64,000 nucleotides of DNA from the human T2T-CHM13v2.0 reference genome, Homo sapiens. The notes beneath the pieces were generated by a model. It made no database searches and had not been told where the DNA came from. It was given only the letters and a program-made list of their open reading frames with translations. Both the position numbers and the translations under genes were made by a program. Location: NCBI RefSeq assembly GCF_009914755.1, contig NC_060931.1; one strand, written 5' to 3'. Positions 51,591 to 64,000 of the stretch are shown piece after piece; the stretch's first letter is position 1, and the number at the start of each line of letters is the position of its first letter.

Positions 51591-53408
51591 GATTCTGAAT
51601 ATTTCAAACTGTACATTTAAAATCCAACTCAAATGGCATGGCACACCCTGCTGTGAAAGCAACATACTCCAGGCAGAATCCTAGAAAGCTCTGAGCACTC
51701 AGCATAATCCTAATTGTCATCAGGTCTGTAACCACTGCTGTTTCTTCACAAAGTCACTATTTTAGCCATTTTACTCAAAGTTGACTGAATTTCAAGAAAG
51801 GTATGAGACACAATCACTATCACTTGTATTAGTTTTCATTTGAATATCATACTGTCCATAAATTGTTAGCCACAGGGTGGGAGGAAGTATGTGGGGGCCA
51901 GTTTGTGCGCACATAGCTGCCATTCGTGGTTCAGTTCTCCATGCTAAGAAAAGGAGAACAAACTAGAACTTTCTGTGCTGATTCGGTTAATACTTTCTCT
52001 GTAGATGACTCAGAACCTTCCTGATAATATTTACTTATAATTTTCTACAGGAGCTTATAATCTGTATCTGTTTTATGAAAATATCCATTGGTTTCATAAT
52101 TATCCTGCAACCTGATAAATTATCTTAAATTGATGGCATACCCAGCTGTGTTTTAACTCCTGACCCCAAAACTAAAGCTAAAATGTTGCCATTTCAACTT
52201 TAAAACTAATAAATGCCACAAAAAAAATCAATGTCTATCTCAAGTAAAAACCAAGAGCAATTAATGGCAATTAAAGTGACTGTTATATGTTTCCATAATT
52301 CTTTTAAATACATTACATGTAGACATTAAGTACATTAAGAAAATTGTGATTTGGGTTTTTTACTTTCAGAGAAATGGAAATTATCCTGACCCTAGCATAA
52401 AGATGCTGTGAATTTTCTCATCTATGTGAAATTTCACTGACTCCTATTTTATTTCTTGGCTGTTGTGTTATACAAAAATACATTTTTAAAATAAAATAAT
52501 ATTTCATTCATTCATATGCACTCATAGAAATCTGTACCCAAAACTCCACTGAAAATAACATATCTTCAGTTCAAGTTATACCCTTCTAGATGGAGAAGTG
52601 AACAGATCAGTATTTTACATAAGCTGAATACTTAAGCCTCACCACACAGGTAATTAACCTCAAGTAGTACAAGAACTTTCATGTTTCTTTTCTAAATTTT
52701 GCCTCAGGTATTAACCACCCAAAAAGTAGCAGGCTGCCTTTAAACATCTCTGGCAAATAGCTGGGTAGAATTTCACATGGCATAATAAGAACTTTACTAA
52801 CATAACTTCCAAAAAATTAAAAGCTAGTTTGGATTGCTGTTGTTGTTGGGTGCTTGGGGCTATTTGGAGTGAAAATTTTCTGCAGCTAATTAGAAATTAC
52901 ACACGATTAGGAAGCAGAGTCTGGCATTGTTCCCCTTCAAGTGTTGGGCTAGAGCTAGTTCTAAAGAGAGAATATGTTGAAGTTTACAAGATATCAATAC
53001 AAAAGTATTGATATCCATGGTTTGAGTCTGGCTATCTTAGCCTCAACGAAGAGCATTCTAATTGTCACTGAAATCAGATATGACCAGGTGGAAACAGGAT
53101 TTTCTTAGACTGTCTTTAAAATGATCTAAGTGTGCAAATTACCATCCTAATCTAATTCCTGAATATGCAAAACTATTCTAATTAAAGAGGAAGCTCTAGA
53201 AGAATTAATAATGACTGACTGTCATTCTTCAATGTCCTGGAATAAAGTATCTTGTAATAAATGGATTTTCATATTACTTTCCCCTTTGTGAGTACCCATG
53301 GCTGACACATGGTGTGAAAGAACTCTGCTCAGTAAGAAGATAGTATTTAGCTTAGTCAATTAATCATATTAGCTCCTTCCTGAATGCCAAATAAAACATA
53401 TAGGGAAA

Positions 53409-53778
53409 TGCTATGGTCCAAATATCCACCAAAATTTATGTGTCGAAACTTAAATCCCCATTGTGATAGTATTAATAGGTGGAGTTTTGGGTGAAGTGAT
53501 TAAGTCATGAGGGCTTATCTCTCATGGATTAATACTTTTTCAAAGGGCTGGAGGGAACTAGTTAGGCCATGTGAGGATACAGAGTTCATCCCATCTGGAG
53601 GATGCAGCAACAAGTCACTATCTTGGAAGCAGACACAGGGCCCTATCCAGACACAAAACTTGCTAGTGCTTTGGTTTTGAACTTCCCAGCCTCCAGAACT
53701 ATGAGAACTAAATTTCTGCTTTTTATAAATTACCCAGGCTTGGGTATTTTGTTATAGCAGCACAAATAGACCAAGACA
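53409..53778 (+). mobile_element. MaLR solo LTR (MSTD-like)
   Basis: tgctatggt..gggctggagggaactag..ttcccagcctccagaact..ttgttatagcagcacaaatagaccaagaca; TSD ggaaa/ggaga. Confidence 0.85.
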
Positions 53779-53904
53779 GGAGAACCAGACTGTCAGTAGT
53801 GGCGAGAGCATGACTCAGATGCACTGGGAGAGCCAGAGACACCAGGAGAGAGCCACTGGGAGGGAGCAGGAGAGTTTGTTTCTAAGGCTGCCTCAGAACC
53901 TCAT

Positions 53905-54050
53905 AATTAATGAGCTCTTTATATGCCAGGCCTTGGGTTGAACACTTCACATGCATCATTTTATTTAATCCTCGCAGTCATATGAGATAGATTCTCTTAC
54001 TGTGCCTATTTCTCATATAAGGATATCGAGGTTTAGAATGGGAAGTGGCC
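53905..54050 (-). mobile_element. MIR
   Basis: tatatgccaggc..cacttcacatgcatcattttatttaatcctcgca. Confidence 0.6.
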
Positions 54051-54844
54051 AGAACTCCAACCAAATAGATCTGTGATTGCAGTGCAAAGCCTGGCTGTGC
54101 TGGTTAAGAGCACAGCCAGAACGACTATGGTCTACTACCCTAAGCATCATTTCCTCTGGTTTCAAAGACACAAAGTAGCATTTTCTAAAGAAAGTAAGCC
54201 TTCTCTGAATCAGTGTTAATTCTACTGATCACGGAATTAAGAAGTATGCTATTAGATGGAGGTGAAAGTTCTTAGTTAATGGAATTCTTATGTGGCTTTC
54301 AGAACATTAACGTGGAAAACTGAATACAAATATTCTGTGGTACTTCTCCAACATCCTAAAAAGCACTAATTATTTACTCCCTCCTTCAAGACTACTATTG
54401 TCCAACGAACGACATCACTAAGAATCATTAGAAGTGGCTTGTACATATTGAGACAATAGATACAAAGACAAAGTCACAAGAAATCTAAGTCCCTTTGCCT
54501 ACTGGTCCCCAGACAACAGTATACAGGATACTGGGACTCCCAGATAGTGACTTCTAAAAAAAAGAAACCAAAAAAAAAAAAAAAAAAACAGGAGACAGTG
54601 GGTTTCTCACTGCTCCTGACCTCCCCAGTAAGATCATTTGGCTCCTTTCTCTCAGCATGTGGGAAACCCAAGGTTGATATCAAACTCATCCTGGAAGCCT
54701 CTGTACTTCAGTTAAATCTCCTGGAGATATATTGGATGTAAAGAAAACTTACTAGAGGGCAAGACATGCATTGCTAATATATGAAAATCTCTTTCTCAAC
54801 CTCAAGTATCTGTGGTATCTGTGGGTGTGTCTATACATATAGAT

Positions 54845-54879
54845 ATGTGTGTGTGTGTGTGTGTATGTATATATTCTCC

Positions 54880-54915
<36 letters not shown>
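54845..54915. repeat. Two adjacent (GT)n tracts
   Basis: TG runs at about 54846-54864 and 54884-54915. Confidence 0.92.
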
Positions 54916-54916
<1 letters not shown>

Positions 54917-56244
54917 CGCCAAATTTCACAAAACTCTCCAGTTTATAGTTCAATTCCCCACTCAGGCCATCAGTGTTCCCACTGACATGACAGGAGGGAT
55001 CTTTCTGCATCTCTATCAATATGACAAGAAGAGAATCTGCTTCTATTGGTATCCTTACTTTGAAGTGATGTGAAACCCCACCGCTTTTATTTTGTTGGTA
55101 AAAATCCCTAAGAACCCTCCTATCTTTGACCCCATATGGAGTCTTATAATCTAGTCTCACTTGGGGCACCAGAACCTTTTAGGCCATCACTGCTGAAATT
55201 GGTACTGAAAAAGGGAATAATATCTCTTAGAAAAGTCAGAGAGACTAACAGGAAATTGTGTGAGGAGAATATTAGAAGGAAAAAAGCAGAGAGAGATTTT
55301 TGTGTTTGGTTTTTACTCACACTTTTAAAGTTAACTCTTCACTGTTTACAGTATTCTTGGTTGCTTCGCTTTGGCTCATTGGTTTTTATGAATCAGCTTT
55401 AGGACTATTACAGAGCATTGAGAAAACAATTATTTTTAAGGAGTTTCTTTGATGCTATTATTTTGTGTATAAGACACACCATCCAAGAGGCTTTTGCATC
55501 AATGACTAAGAAATATAAAATGAGAGATATTTTTGAGATAGATGATAGATAGATAGAAAACAGCACTGAGGCTAATAACAGTTATTGATATAAAGCAGGG
55601 AGGAAATGTCTCCATTTTTTATTTATGTATTGTACAGATATCCCTTATTTCAAAGTAAATCCTACGTACCCATTTTCTAATGTGTATAATTAAAATAGAA
55701 ATAAATGATCAGAAACCAAGAAGAAAGAAGATAAAAATAATTTGTCCAGAAAGATGCCACACTTAATTCCTAATATGACTTTGAGCCTTTGAAAATCAGA
55801 ACAAAACCAAGGAAAGAAAATGGATTACATTATTCTTATTATCAAGATTACTAAGCAAAAAAAAAAAATGTTTTTTCTGGCAATAAATGCTAGTAGAAAT
55901 TGGTCCCTTAAATTCTTATGTAAGGATCATTTGAAAGACCCATATGCAACTTTCAATAACTCCAATTGAAATTATATCGCAGAAACAGAGCTTAAAGTAT
56001 GCAGAGGAAGGAAGAGTTAACATATCTTTTTTCGATATCTGTTTTGTGAATTGGCTTTTAGGAGGTGCTGGACAACATGCATTCAAAGTTTTAACTTCCC
56101 AATGAAGACCTGAAGTGGTGAAATTGACATTTTGTCTGGGAAGCTTGTATGTGTGCCCTAAAAGGGATATCTGTACAATACGTAAATAAAAAATGGAGAC
56201 CTTCAGAGGTATCAATGTGTAGGGTCAAAAATCCTTCTGTCTCT

Positions 56245-56715
56245 ATCTGGATATAGTGCAGCAAACACTCTAGGTATTTCCAGTAGAAAGAGATTTAATG
56301 CAGGAAACTAAGTGATTACACACTCAGCAGAAGAGCTGGAAAAGCCTGAGTCAGGGGATTGCAACATGTCTTTTGGCTTCAAGGTCTGCTGTGCACCAGA
56401 TTTCAGAAAATTACTGCTACTGTTAATACTACTGCTGCCATGAATATGGCTGCCTTCCACTCATGATGCTGCTGACTAGACCGAGAAACGTGGAGTCCAG
56501 ACCTTGGTTGTCAGCTGCCACTGTTGCAGGAAGACAGCCTTTAACTTTCTTCCACTTTTCAAATCTCTTCCAAGTGCCTATCACAATATATCCAGAATCT
56601 TAGTTGCAAAGGAATCTGAGAAATGCAAATTTTATCCTTCCAGGCTTTCAGTACAGGGGAGGGAGAGAGAGAGAGCAAGATATAAATGGATGCCAAATGC
56701 CCAAAGACAGTATAT
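56245..56715 (-). mobile_element. Ancient LTR (MLT1M/N-like)
   Basis: acactctaggtattt..gatttaatgcagg; gcaaaggaatctgagaaatgc..ttccaggctttcagta. Confidence 0.45.
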
Positions 56716-57892
56716 AGCGTACCCCTCCAAAGAGATTAAATTTTGCTCATGTTTTTGGACAGATCTCCAATTGAGACCTTTAAGTTCTGTGTCATAGAAT
56801 ATGAAATATGTTATTTTGTCTAGAAAATGTTAAGTGCTATGTGTTGTCACCTCTTCAGTTCCTGAATCAGTCCTGCCCGAAGTGGAAAGTACTTGAGCTA
56901 CTCCAGCCCTCACCATCTTTCTTCTTAAGAGAGAAGGAGGAAGATGACCCCAGTAAGGATGGGTCAGCATAGTTCAGAATGAAGGATAGAACCCTTGGGA
57001 GTCTCTGTGGTTCCTGAGCTGACCTTGCTGTCTCCTTGGCCCAGAATACAAGATCCCTGGAACCAGCAGACCCAGTTCCAGCCTCTCTTGTCAATTCTGT
57101 TGTGCTGCAAGTGAGTTGTGTCACGCTTTAGGGATGAATCTTAATATATAGAAACAATTACTTGAATGAATTCATTTAATTGCTTGGTGAATAATGTTGG
57201 CTAAAAAGTAATTTATTTTAATAGAGCTGATATTAAACTACTGTTTTCTAGAATAAAGGCCAACAAGTTAAAGCCATTCCTGAGATGGCATAGATCTGCA
57301 TCCTATGTTTGTTATAGTAGAGAGGAATTATTTCTGAATTGAGCAAGTTTATTTAGATTTGTTTAAAGAAATGACGTGTAGATCAAGCCTTCTTTTCCAC
57401 CATATACAGTTGGTATTTGATTAGTCAGGGAGTCATTTTTGCCTCTTTAGTTCTGACAGTAGAATTTGAAAAAGGATTTGAAGATGCTTTAATAGTTTAG
57501 ACAGCTTAGACTCCATAATTGTTCCTGTCTATAATAAAATAGAATGCTAATCTATTCTGCATGATCTAAAATCACAAATGTAAACATCCACATCAGAGAG
57601 ATGGCTGACAATACAAGGGCAAGCTTCATGTTGGCAAAAGTCAGATTTACCATGTTGATAAAAATCAGACTAGGCTTCAAATTGTTACTGTCAAAAATGC
57701 TTCTTGGAAGAATTTGTCATTTTGAAAAGCAAGGAACAACTATGTTTTATTTATTTTATTTATTCCTAATTTAACATGTTTAAGCTTTAGGAATACTTTC
57801 TCATCAAATAAAATGATTGCTAAGTTGTAAAACTTATTAGTCACACTATTAGGTCTTTAGTGTAAGGTAGCAAACACCTGTCTCTCTAAATA

Positions 57893-58106
57893 ATCTCCAA
57901 AGTGGGATGTGCTAATCCCATGGAGTACCTTGGATTTCTTTTTCTTGTATCATACTTTCCCAATTTATTTTCTGTGTCTTTTTTATAATGTATGTATAAA
58001 TCTGACCATATATGTATATAACTTATAAATAAATATGCATATATTAGTAGTTTGTGCTCAATTTTTTAATAATGGAGGTGCAAAGTCAATAATTTTGAAG
58101 ATTACC
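57893..58106. mobile_element. hAT-Charlie (Charlie4-like) fragment
   Basis: tctccaaagtggg..ttataaataaatatgcatatatt..gtgctcaatttttt..ggtgc. Confidence 0.45.
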
Positions 58107-59209
58107 ATTCTACACAAATGTTGGCCTGCAAAACCTGCAGTAATCCACCCTTTTCTCAAACTTCATTCAATCAAGAGCTCAGCAAGCATCTTTTCTTGAA
58201 TTTTTAATATTTTAATGGATATTGGAAGATGGTCCTTGAAGTCAGAGAATCAGAACCTTATTTCTGAAAGGGTACTAGAGATAATATTATCCAACTTTCT
58301 CATTTTTTTTCTGATGAGGAAAATGAAACCAGGGAAAGCTGACAATGTGACCTCCTTTTACCTATAGAGGAGGAAAACATGGTGCTTTTCCTGTAGCCAT
58401 CAAATCTGCTTATGCTCATCCAAATCATAACATGAGTGCTGCTGATGTCAATGCCTGTAATCGGCCATACATGTTATGGGTAGTGATATAGACTTCCAGT
58501 CAAATGTTACTGCATGTGTCTGCTTCAGTCCATGGTAGTTGCATCATTACTGTCATACTATTAGTGCAGGAAAGGTCAAGTAATGCTTCTTGGGCTAACA
58601 GCACATAATTTTCATTCATCATTAACATTTGTATTCACTATTCTTTCAAACTGAAGTCTTTGAGCCTATACTCTCTGGCCCTAAATCTTATATTCATGCA
58701 AATTTACATAACTGCCTTTGCTGAATCTTGGAAATGTGTTGATTTGTTGGATTAAAATACACAGATAAAAATCATAACACTAACTATGTGTGGTTAACTT
58801 TATATTACAAGGCCATTATGATTTCTCTTTTGGTTCCAACTTTTGTGCTCTTTATTTTGCTTAGTGGTGAAAAAATACTAACCTTATAGAATTGGGGGCT
58901 TTCTATCTCGATTTTATAATGAGATGGCCATGTTTGTCAGCCCGTTTACCACATGATACCCCACTCTTCATGGCCGCCCATGCTAGTCTCAGCTTTATAC
59001 TAGGGTAGCATTCTAAGCTCTTGTTCTCCCACTACCCCTGTTAGAGCCAATTCCTCCAGGACACCAACATAAACAAGGTAGACCCTTTCTTTCAAGTATT
59101 CTCCCTGGCTGATCGGTACTTTCTCCATTGTTAGATACAATGGTCCTTCTCCTGCTCGAGTTTTCTGAAGTTCCTGATGGCTGACCATCTGTTTATTCCT
59201 TTGGATTCT

Positions 59210-59700
59210 CTTACAAAGCCTTCATCTGGTTCTCCTGTTTTATTTCTCATAAGCTGAACTATCTCCTTTCAGGGCTCCTGTCCTCTTTCCATCCCTTTGT
59301 GTGAGCATGCCACAAGGCTCCATCCTGTCTTCTCCTCTCTTTTAGTTGAAATCTCTTTCATTCACAGAACTTCGGCAATCACCACTCTATCCCCACACCT
59401 GCCTCTTTCATGCTTCTGCTATAAAGCAACAGATTCCTGCTATACTTACCTGAAAAGTCCCATTGATATCCCAAGGTCAATATATTTCATCCCAAAATAA
59501 GTCCTCCTGCTTCTCTCATCTTATTATAAGTAGCACCATCTCTACAATCTCTTAAGCTCAAAACCTTTCTACAGTCTTCTACCGCCATCTAATTAGTTAC
59601 AGTATCCTAAGTTTTCATTTAAAATGCTCCTTACTTTCAACTTTTTCTTTCCATTTTAGATGCTGACAGCCCTCTTCAGACCTGCACTGCCCCATCATGG
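59210..59700 (+). mobile_element. L2 fragment
   Basis: Pyrimidine-rich sense L2-like sequence (tcttctcctctc, agtagcaccatc..aagctcaaaacct, ccatctaattagttac). Confidence 0.45.
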
Positions 59701-60527
59701 TCAACATCATAGAATGAAATATCTAACAGCATGTCTGCTGCAAGACAGTAGAGGAAATGTCTAACATAGAAAAAGGCCTGGATCGACGGCTTGAGGTCAA
59801 ACGTGTGAGAAAATGTGGCATAACTAAATACTCTTTCCCAAAGTGTTTTTCTAGTTTAGCTCCTCCCACATTTTCCAGGGCTCCTCTGACTCAAAAAAAT
59901 TAATTTGACCAATCTAGAATTAGAAAATAGTACCTTATTTCAGTAAAGAACACGTTGATCCCAGAAGTAAATGAACGTATTTATTATTAATTTACAATGA
60001 AATATGCTGACAGCCAACCCCTTTCCCTCTAAAAGAAAAACATATTGCTCCGCAACCTGCCCCAGACCTGTCCAACTTATAGAAATATCTGAAGTGATAA
60101 TAATTGTTACTGGTTTTAGGTTAGAAACTTAGCCCTAATGAGAGAGATTTTTATTATTTTATTAACATTTCATATGACAAACAATAAAGTTCCTTTTGAT
60201 TTGGATTTAGCACAAAGTATCTTAAAACGTCTGAATGCAAAGGCAAGTTGGAAATTCGCCAGTTGGGTGTGCTGGCGTCCCCCAACTAGCTGCAGCCCCC
60301 AATTCCCATCAGCACAGGTGGCTGGAGCCACCATCGAGTTAAAAAAAGCAAACATCAGCCACTGGCCTCTCCTCTGGTGACTGTCAGAACCCACTCTCCC
60401 ACCCAAGGGCAACTTCCTGGCAGACCTTTGTTTTTCTGCCCCTCACAGTGACCTTGAAACCTCTCAGAAATAAAATGTTATTTCTTCTCATAGGCTTTCA
60501 GCTTATCAAAAAACAACAAAAAAAAAA

Positions 60528-60945
60528 CATTTTATTGAGGTACAAGCGACATACAAAAGGCTGTACATATTCAATATATACAACTTGCTGAGTTTGGAGA
60601 CAAGCATATATCCATGAAACTCTTAACACAATCTATGCCATAAACATATCCATCACTTCAGAAAGTTTCCTCCCACCCTCTTCATTTGTTATCAGTAATG
60701 TTTTTGTGATAGGAACAGAATGTAAGATCTACCCTCTTAGCAAAATTTTAAGTACACAATGCAATATTGTTAATTATGGGCATTATGCTGTACAGTAGAT
60801 CTCCAGCACTTATTTATTTGTATAACTGAAACTTTGTACCATTTGACTAATACTTCCATTTCCTTCTCACCCCAGCACCTGGCAACCACTATTCTACTCT
60901 CTGTCTCTATGAGTTTGAATTTTTTAGATTCCTCACATACGTGGT
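60528..60945 (-). mobile_element. L1MA10/L1MB1-like 3'UTR
   Basis: ttttattgaggta..gctgtacatattcaat..atctatgccataaacatatccatcac..ctggcaaccactattctactctctg..ttagattcc. Confidence 0.8.
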
Positions 60946-61907
60946 ACATTAGCAGAATGAAGGATACAAATCACATGATTATCTCAATAGATTGGAGAAA
61001 AAGCATTTGACAAACTTCAACACCCTTTTATGGTAAAAACTCTCAACAAATTAGGTACAAAAGGAACTTACCTCAACATAATAAAAGCCAAGTAAATAAA
61101 AATAAAGCTCGGCCGGGCACAGTGGCTCATGTCTGTAATCCCAGCACTTTGGGAGGCTGAGGCTGGTGGATCACCTGAGGTCGGGAGTTCGAGACCAGCC
61201 TGACAAACATGGAGAAACCCGATCTCTACTAAAAATACAAAATTAGCAGGGCATGGTGGCGCATACCTGTAATCCCAGCTACTCAGGAGGCTGAGGCAGT
61301 AGAATCACTTCAACCCAGGAGGCAGAGGTTGCAGTGAGCCAAAATCATGCCATTGCACTCCAGCCTGGGTGACAAGAGCAAAAGTCCATCTCAATGCATA
61401 CATATATACATACATACATACATACATACATACATACATACATACATACATAAAGCTCACAGCTAACATCACACTCAATGGTGAAAAACTGAAAACTTTT
61501 CCTTTAAGATCTGTAACACTGCAAGGATGCCCACTCTCACCCCTTCTATTCAACATAGGACTCTAAGTCTTAGCATTAGGTAAGAAAAAGAAACAAAAGG
61601 CATCTAAATCAGAAAAAGGGAAGTAAAATGATCTCTGTTTTTAGATGACTTGATCTTACATGCAGAAAATCCTAAAGACACCACCAAAAAATTGTTAGAA
61701 CTAATAAATGAATTCAGTCAAGTTGCAGAATACAAAATCAACATATAAAAATCAGTTGTATTTTTGTACACTAATAACAAACAACCCGAAAATAAAGAGA
61801 ACAATCGCATTTACAACAGCATCAAAATAATAAAATACTTACGAACAAACTTAACTAGGAGGTGAAAGACCTGTACACTGAACACTATAAAACATTGATT
61901 AAAAGAA
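60946..61907 (+). mobile_element. L1 ORF2 (RT region) fragment, inverted relative to the adjoining 3'UTR and split by AluSp
   Basis: [18 protein letters not shown]...[11 protein letters not shown] (RT motif region); gatgacttgatcttacat; ttcagtcaagttgcagaatacaaaatcaac. Confidence 0.85.
61111..61449 (+). mobile_element. AluSp with (CATA)n tail
   Basis: Sp diagnostics ggtcgggag, ctga..aacatggagaaaccc, gacaagagc; TSD ataaagctc at 61102-61110 and 61450-61458. Confidence 0.93.
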
Positions 61908-62836
61908 CTTTTAGCTTCCCTTAAACTCATTATGTACAAACTCATTATGTAACTTCCTGAGAAGTTAGGAAACCGACTTCAGGTTATACAACTATAGTTA
62001 GTGGGGCAGTCAGGATTAAAACCCATGGTTCCTGAAGTCTGGTCCCGGGTGACTCTGTCATGTCACACTGCCTTCCACCCAGCTTGAGTCTACAAGGAGC
62101 AGCCCTGGTCAGTCCCAAAGGGGTCGGGCTTGGATAGTGATTCCATGTGGGAATGCCTTCCTAGTATTTCTTGGGAAATTGTTGTGTTTTTCAAAATCCC
62201 AAGAAAAAAACTCTCAAGAAATTTTAAAGACTGGAAAAGTCTTTACAATTTGCCTGCAAGAATTAAAACATTGATTGCTAAAACACAGCAATCAATGTAG
62301 AGATGTTGCTGATTTGAAGGGCTCCACTGACATCAGGTGGAAAGCAACCGAAGGAAATATGAACACACAAAGTGGAGGTTAAGGTTGACCAGCATGTCTA
62401 GGAATTGAGACAGGAGCACAGGAAAGAGAAGTGGTCACTACATTATGGGTCAGTCTTGTCTATAACTGTTGCAATGTTATAAGTGAGCATTCATAGCCAT
62501 AGCTGGTACTAACAGTAAGTCAAGCTTACAAATGAAATAATTATTAGTATGTCTATACAAATAGAATATTTTAAACAAATCCTAAGAGTGGTATTCCAAG
62601 AAATAACAAGTTTTAGAAGCAATACAAGTTTTTTAATTGGCAATTTTGAGACATGATTCTGCATAGTGCCAAGAGATCTGAACTGTGGTATTAATCAAAT
62701 ACTACCCAATAGTCTGGGCTGACATTTTACAGCATTTGAATATTTGCTATGGGAAAAAAAATTATAAATACTACTAAAAGTAAAATTTATTTGTTAAAAA
62801 ATAAAACTCTTTTTAGATATCTATGGCTATGATTTC

Positions 62837-63133
62837 TTTTTTTTTTTTTTTTTTTGAGATGGAGTCTCGCTCTGTCACCCAGGCTGGAGTGCAGTGGTGC
62901 GATCTTGGCTCACTGCAAGCTCGGCCTCCCCGGTTCACGCCATTCTGCCTCAACCTCCTGAGTAGCTGGGACCACAGCTCCCGCCACCACACCTGGCTAA
63001 TTTTTTGTATTTTTAGTAGAGACGGGGTTTCACTGTGTTAGCCAGGATGGTCTCGATCTCCTGACCTTGTGATCCGCCCGCCTCGGCCTCCCAAAGTGCT
63101 GGGATTACAAGGCATGAGCCACAGCACCTGGCC
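62837..63133 (-). mobile_element. AluY
   Basis: gcaagctc, ttcacgccattc, tgttagccaggatggtctcgatctcc; 18-bp TSD atctat(g/a)gctatgatttc. Confidence 0.93.
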
Positions 63134-63142
63134 CAATCTATA

Positions 63143-63504
63143 GCTATGATTTCAATGTTTGTTTTCTCTCAAACTTATGTTAAAATTTAATTACCATTGT
63201 AATAGTATTAAGAGGTGAAACCTTGAAGAGGTGATTAAGCTCTACCTTCATGAATGAATTAATGCCGCCATTATACAGGATTGGGTTTCTTAAGAGAGAA
63301 TTCCTATAAAAGGATGAGTTTGGCCCCCTCTTGCTTTCTCTCACCCTCTCTTTGCCCATAGAATGATGCAGCAAGAAAGTGCTCACCAGATGCTAGCCCC
63401 TTGAACCTGGATTTCCCAAACTTCAGAATCATAAGCCAATAAATTTCTGTCCATTAAAAATTACCCAGTCTGTGGTATTCTGTAGCACAAAACAAACTAA
63501 GCCA
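63143..63504 (+). mobile_element. MaLR solo LTR (MSTC-like)
   Basis: gctatgatttcaatgtttg..ataaaaggatgagtttggccccct..aataaatttctg..ttacccagtctgtggtattctgtagcacaaaacaaactaag. Confidence 0.8.
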
Positions 63505-64000
63505 TACAAAATAATATTTAAAGAATATGAAGAGGGTTGGAAGTATTTTAAAGACAAAAACAGCTCATGATTTAAGAAATTATTGAGATTTCCTGGGAAT
63601 ATGGCTCTCTTACTTTCATATCCTATAGATTATGATCAGATAGAAATTTAGAAATACTGGGCTTAGGTCATGAGTGGGACATAGTCCCAACCAGCATGGA
63701 TTATTGTTCTAATTTAGAAACTTTCATAAAGAGAAAAAAGTAAAAGTTTTTCTTGTATTAAGTGAACTACTTAATACTGGTTTGAAATTTTGCATAAAAT
63801 ATTTTGAAGGACAAAAAGCAGAATTCACTAAGAATTCAACCAAATATTCTGCAGAAAAATAGCTGGTTAAGTGTTACCTCCCCCCAAATCATTCCATGCA
63901 TTTTCTCTCTCTGTTCATTGTGATAACTACCATTTTTGACACAAGTTTTATTGGACATTCTATTTCCAAAATGTCATAGAATATCAGCCTTTCCTCCAGG

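Noticed and set aside
60250-60390. GC-richer patch with CTCF-like half matches
   Set aside because: The matches miss several core positions; cannot be supported without ChIP data.

Overview
Primate, almost certainly human, AT-rich, CpG-poor genomic DNA. An AluYa5 carrying all five diagnostic bases supports human origin. I find no intact protein-coding gene, CpG island, tRNA/rRNA gene or CRISPR array; the window looks like gene-desert or large-intron sequence. The only gene-derived element is an old, 5'-truncated, frameshifted processed pseudogene of MARK2 (+, about 3781-5500). Roughly half the window is interspersed repeat: 12 Alus, L1s, L2/MIR, MaLR and ERVL LTRs, and hAT/Tigger DNA transposons. 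The main structures are: (1) a five-layer nested insertion at 19.1-31.8 kb (old L1ME > MER2 > near-full-length L1MA3-like > inverted L1PA15/16-like 3' end > AluJ); (2) a 141-bp inverted copy of that L1's 5'UTR/ORF1 junction 3 kb upstream, which looks like a local templated insertion; (3) a very young AluYa5 with a perfect TSD; (4) an L1 with twin-priming-type inversion; (5) a repeat-poor block at 43.5-47.2 kb containing a ~100-nt strand-specific hairpin; (6) two small, well-bounded + strand exon candidates. I cannot support a new biological system. The best leads are the hairpin, the candidate non-coding exons, the templated L1 fragment and the isoform recorded in the MARK2 retrocopy. Subfamily names come from my recollection of consensus sequences, not a RepeatMasker run, and boundaries of old repeats are approximate.
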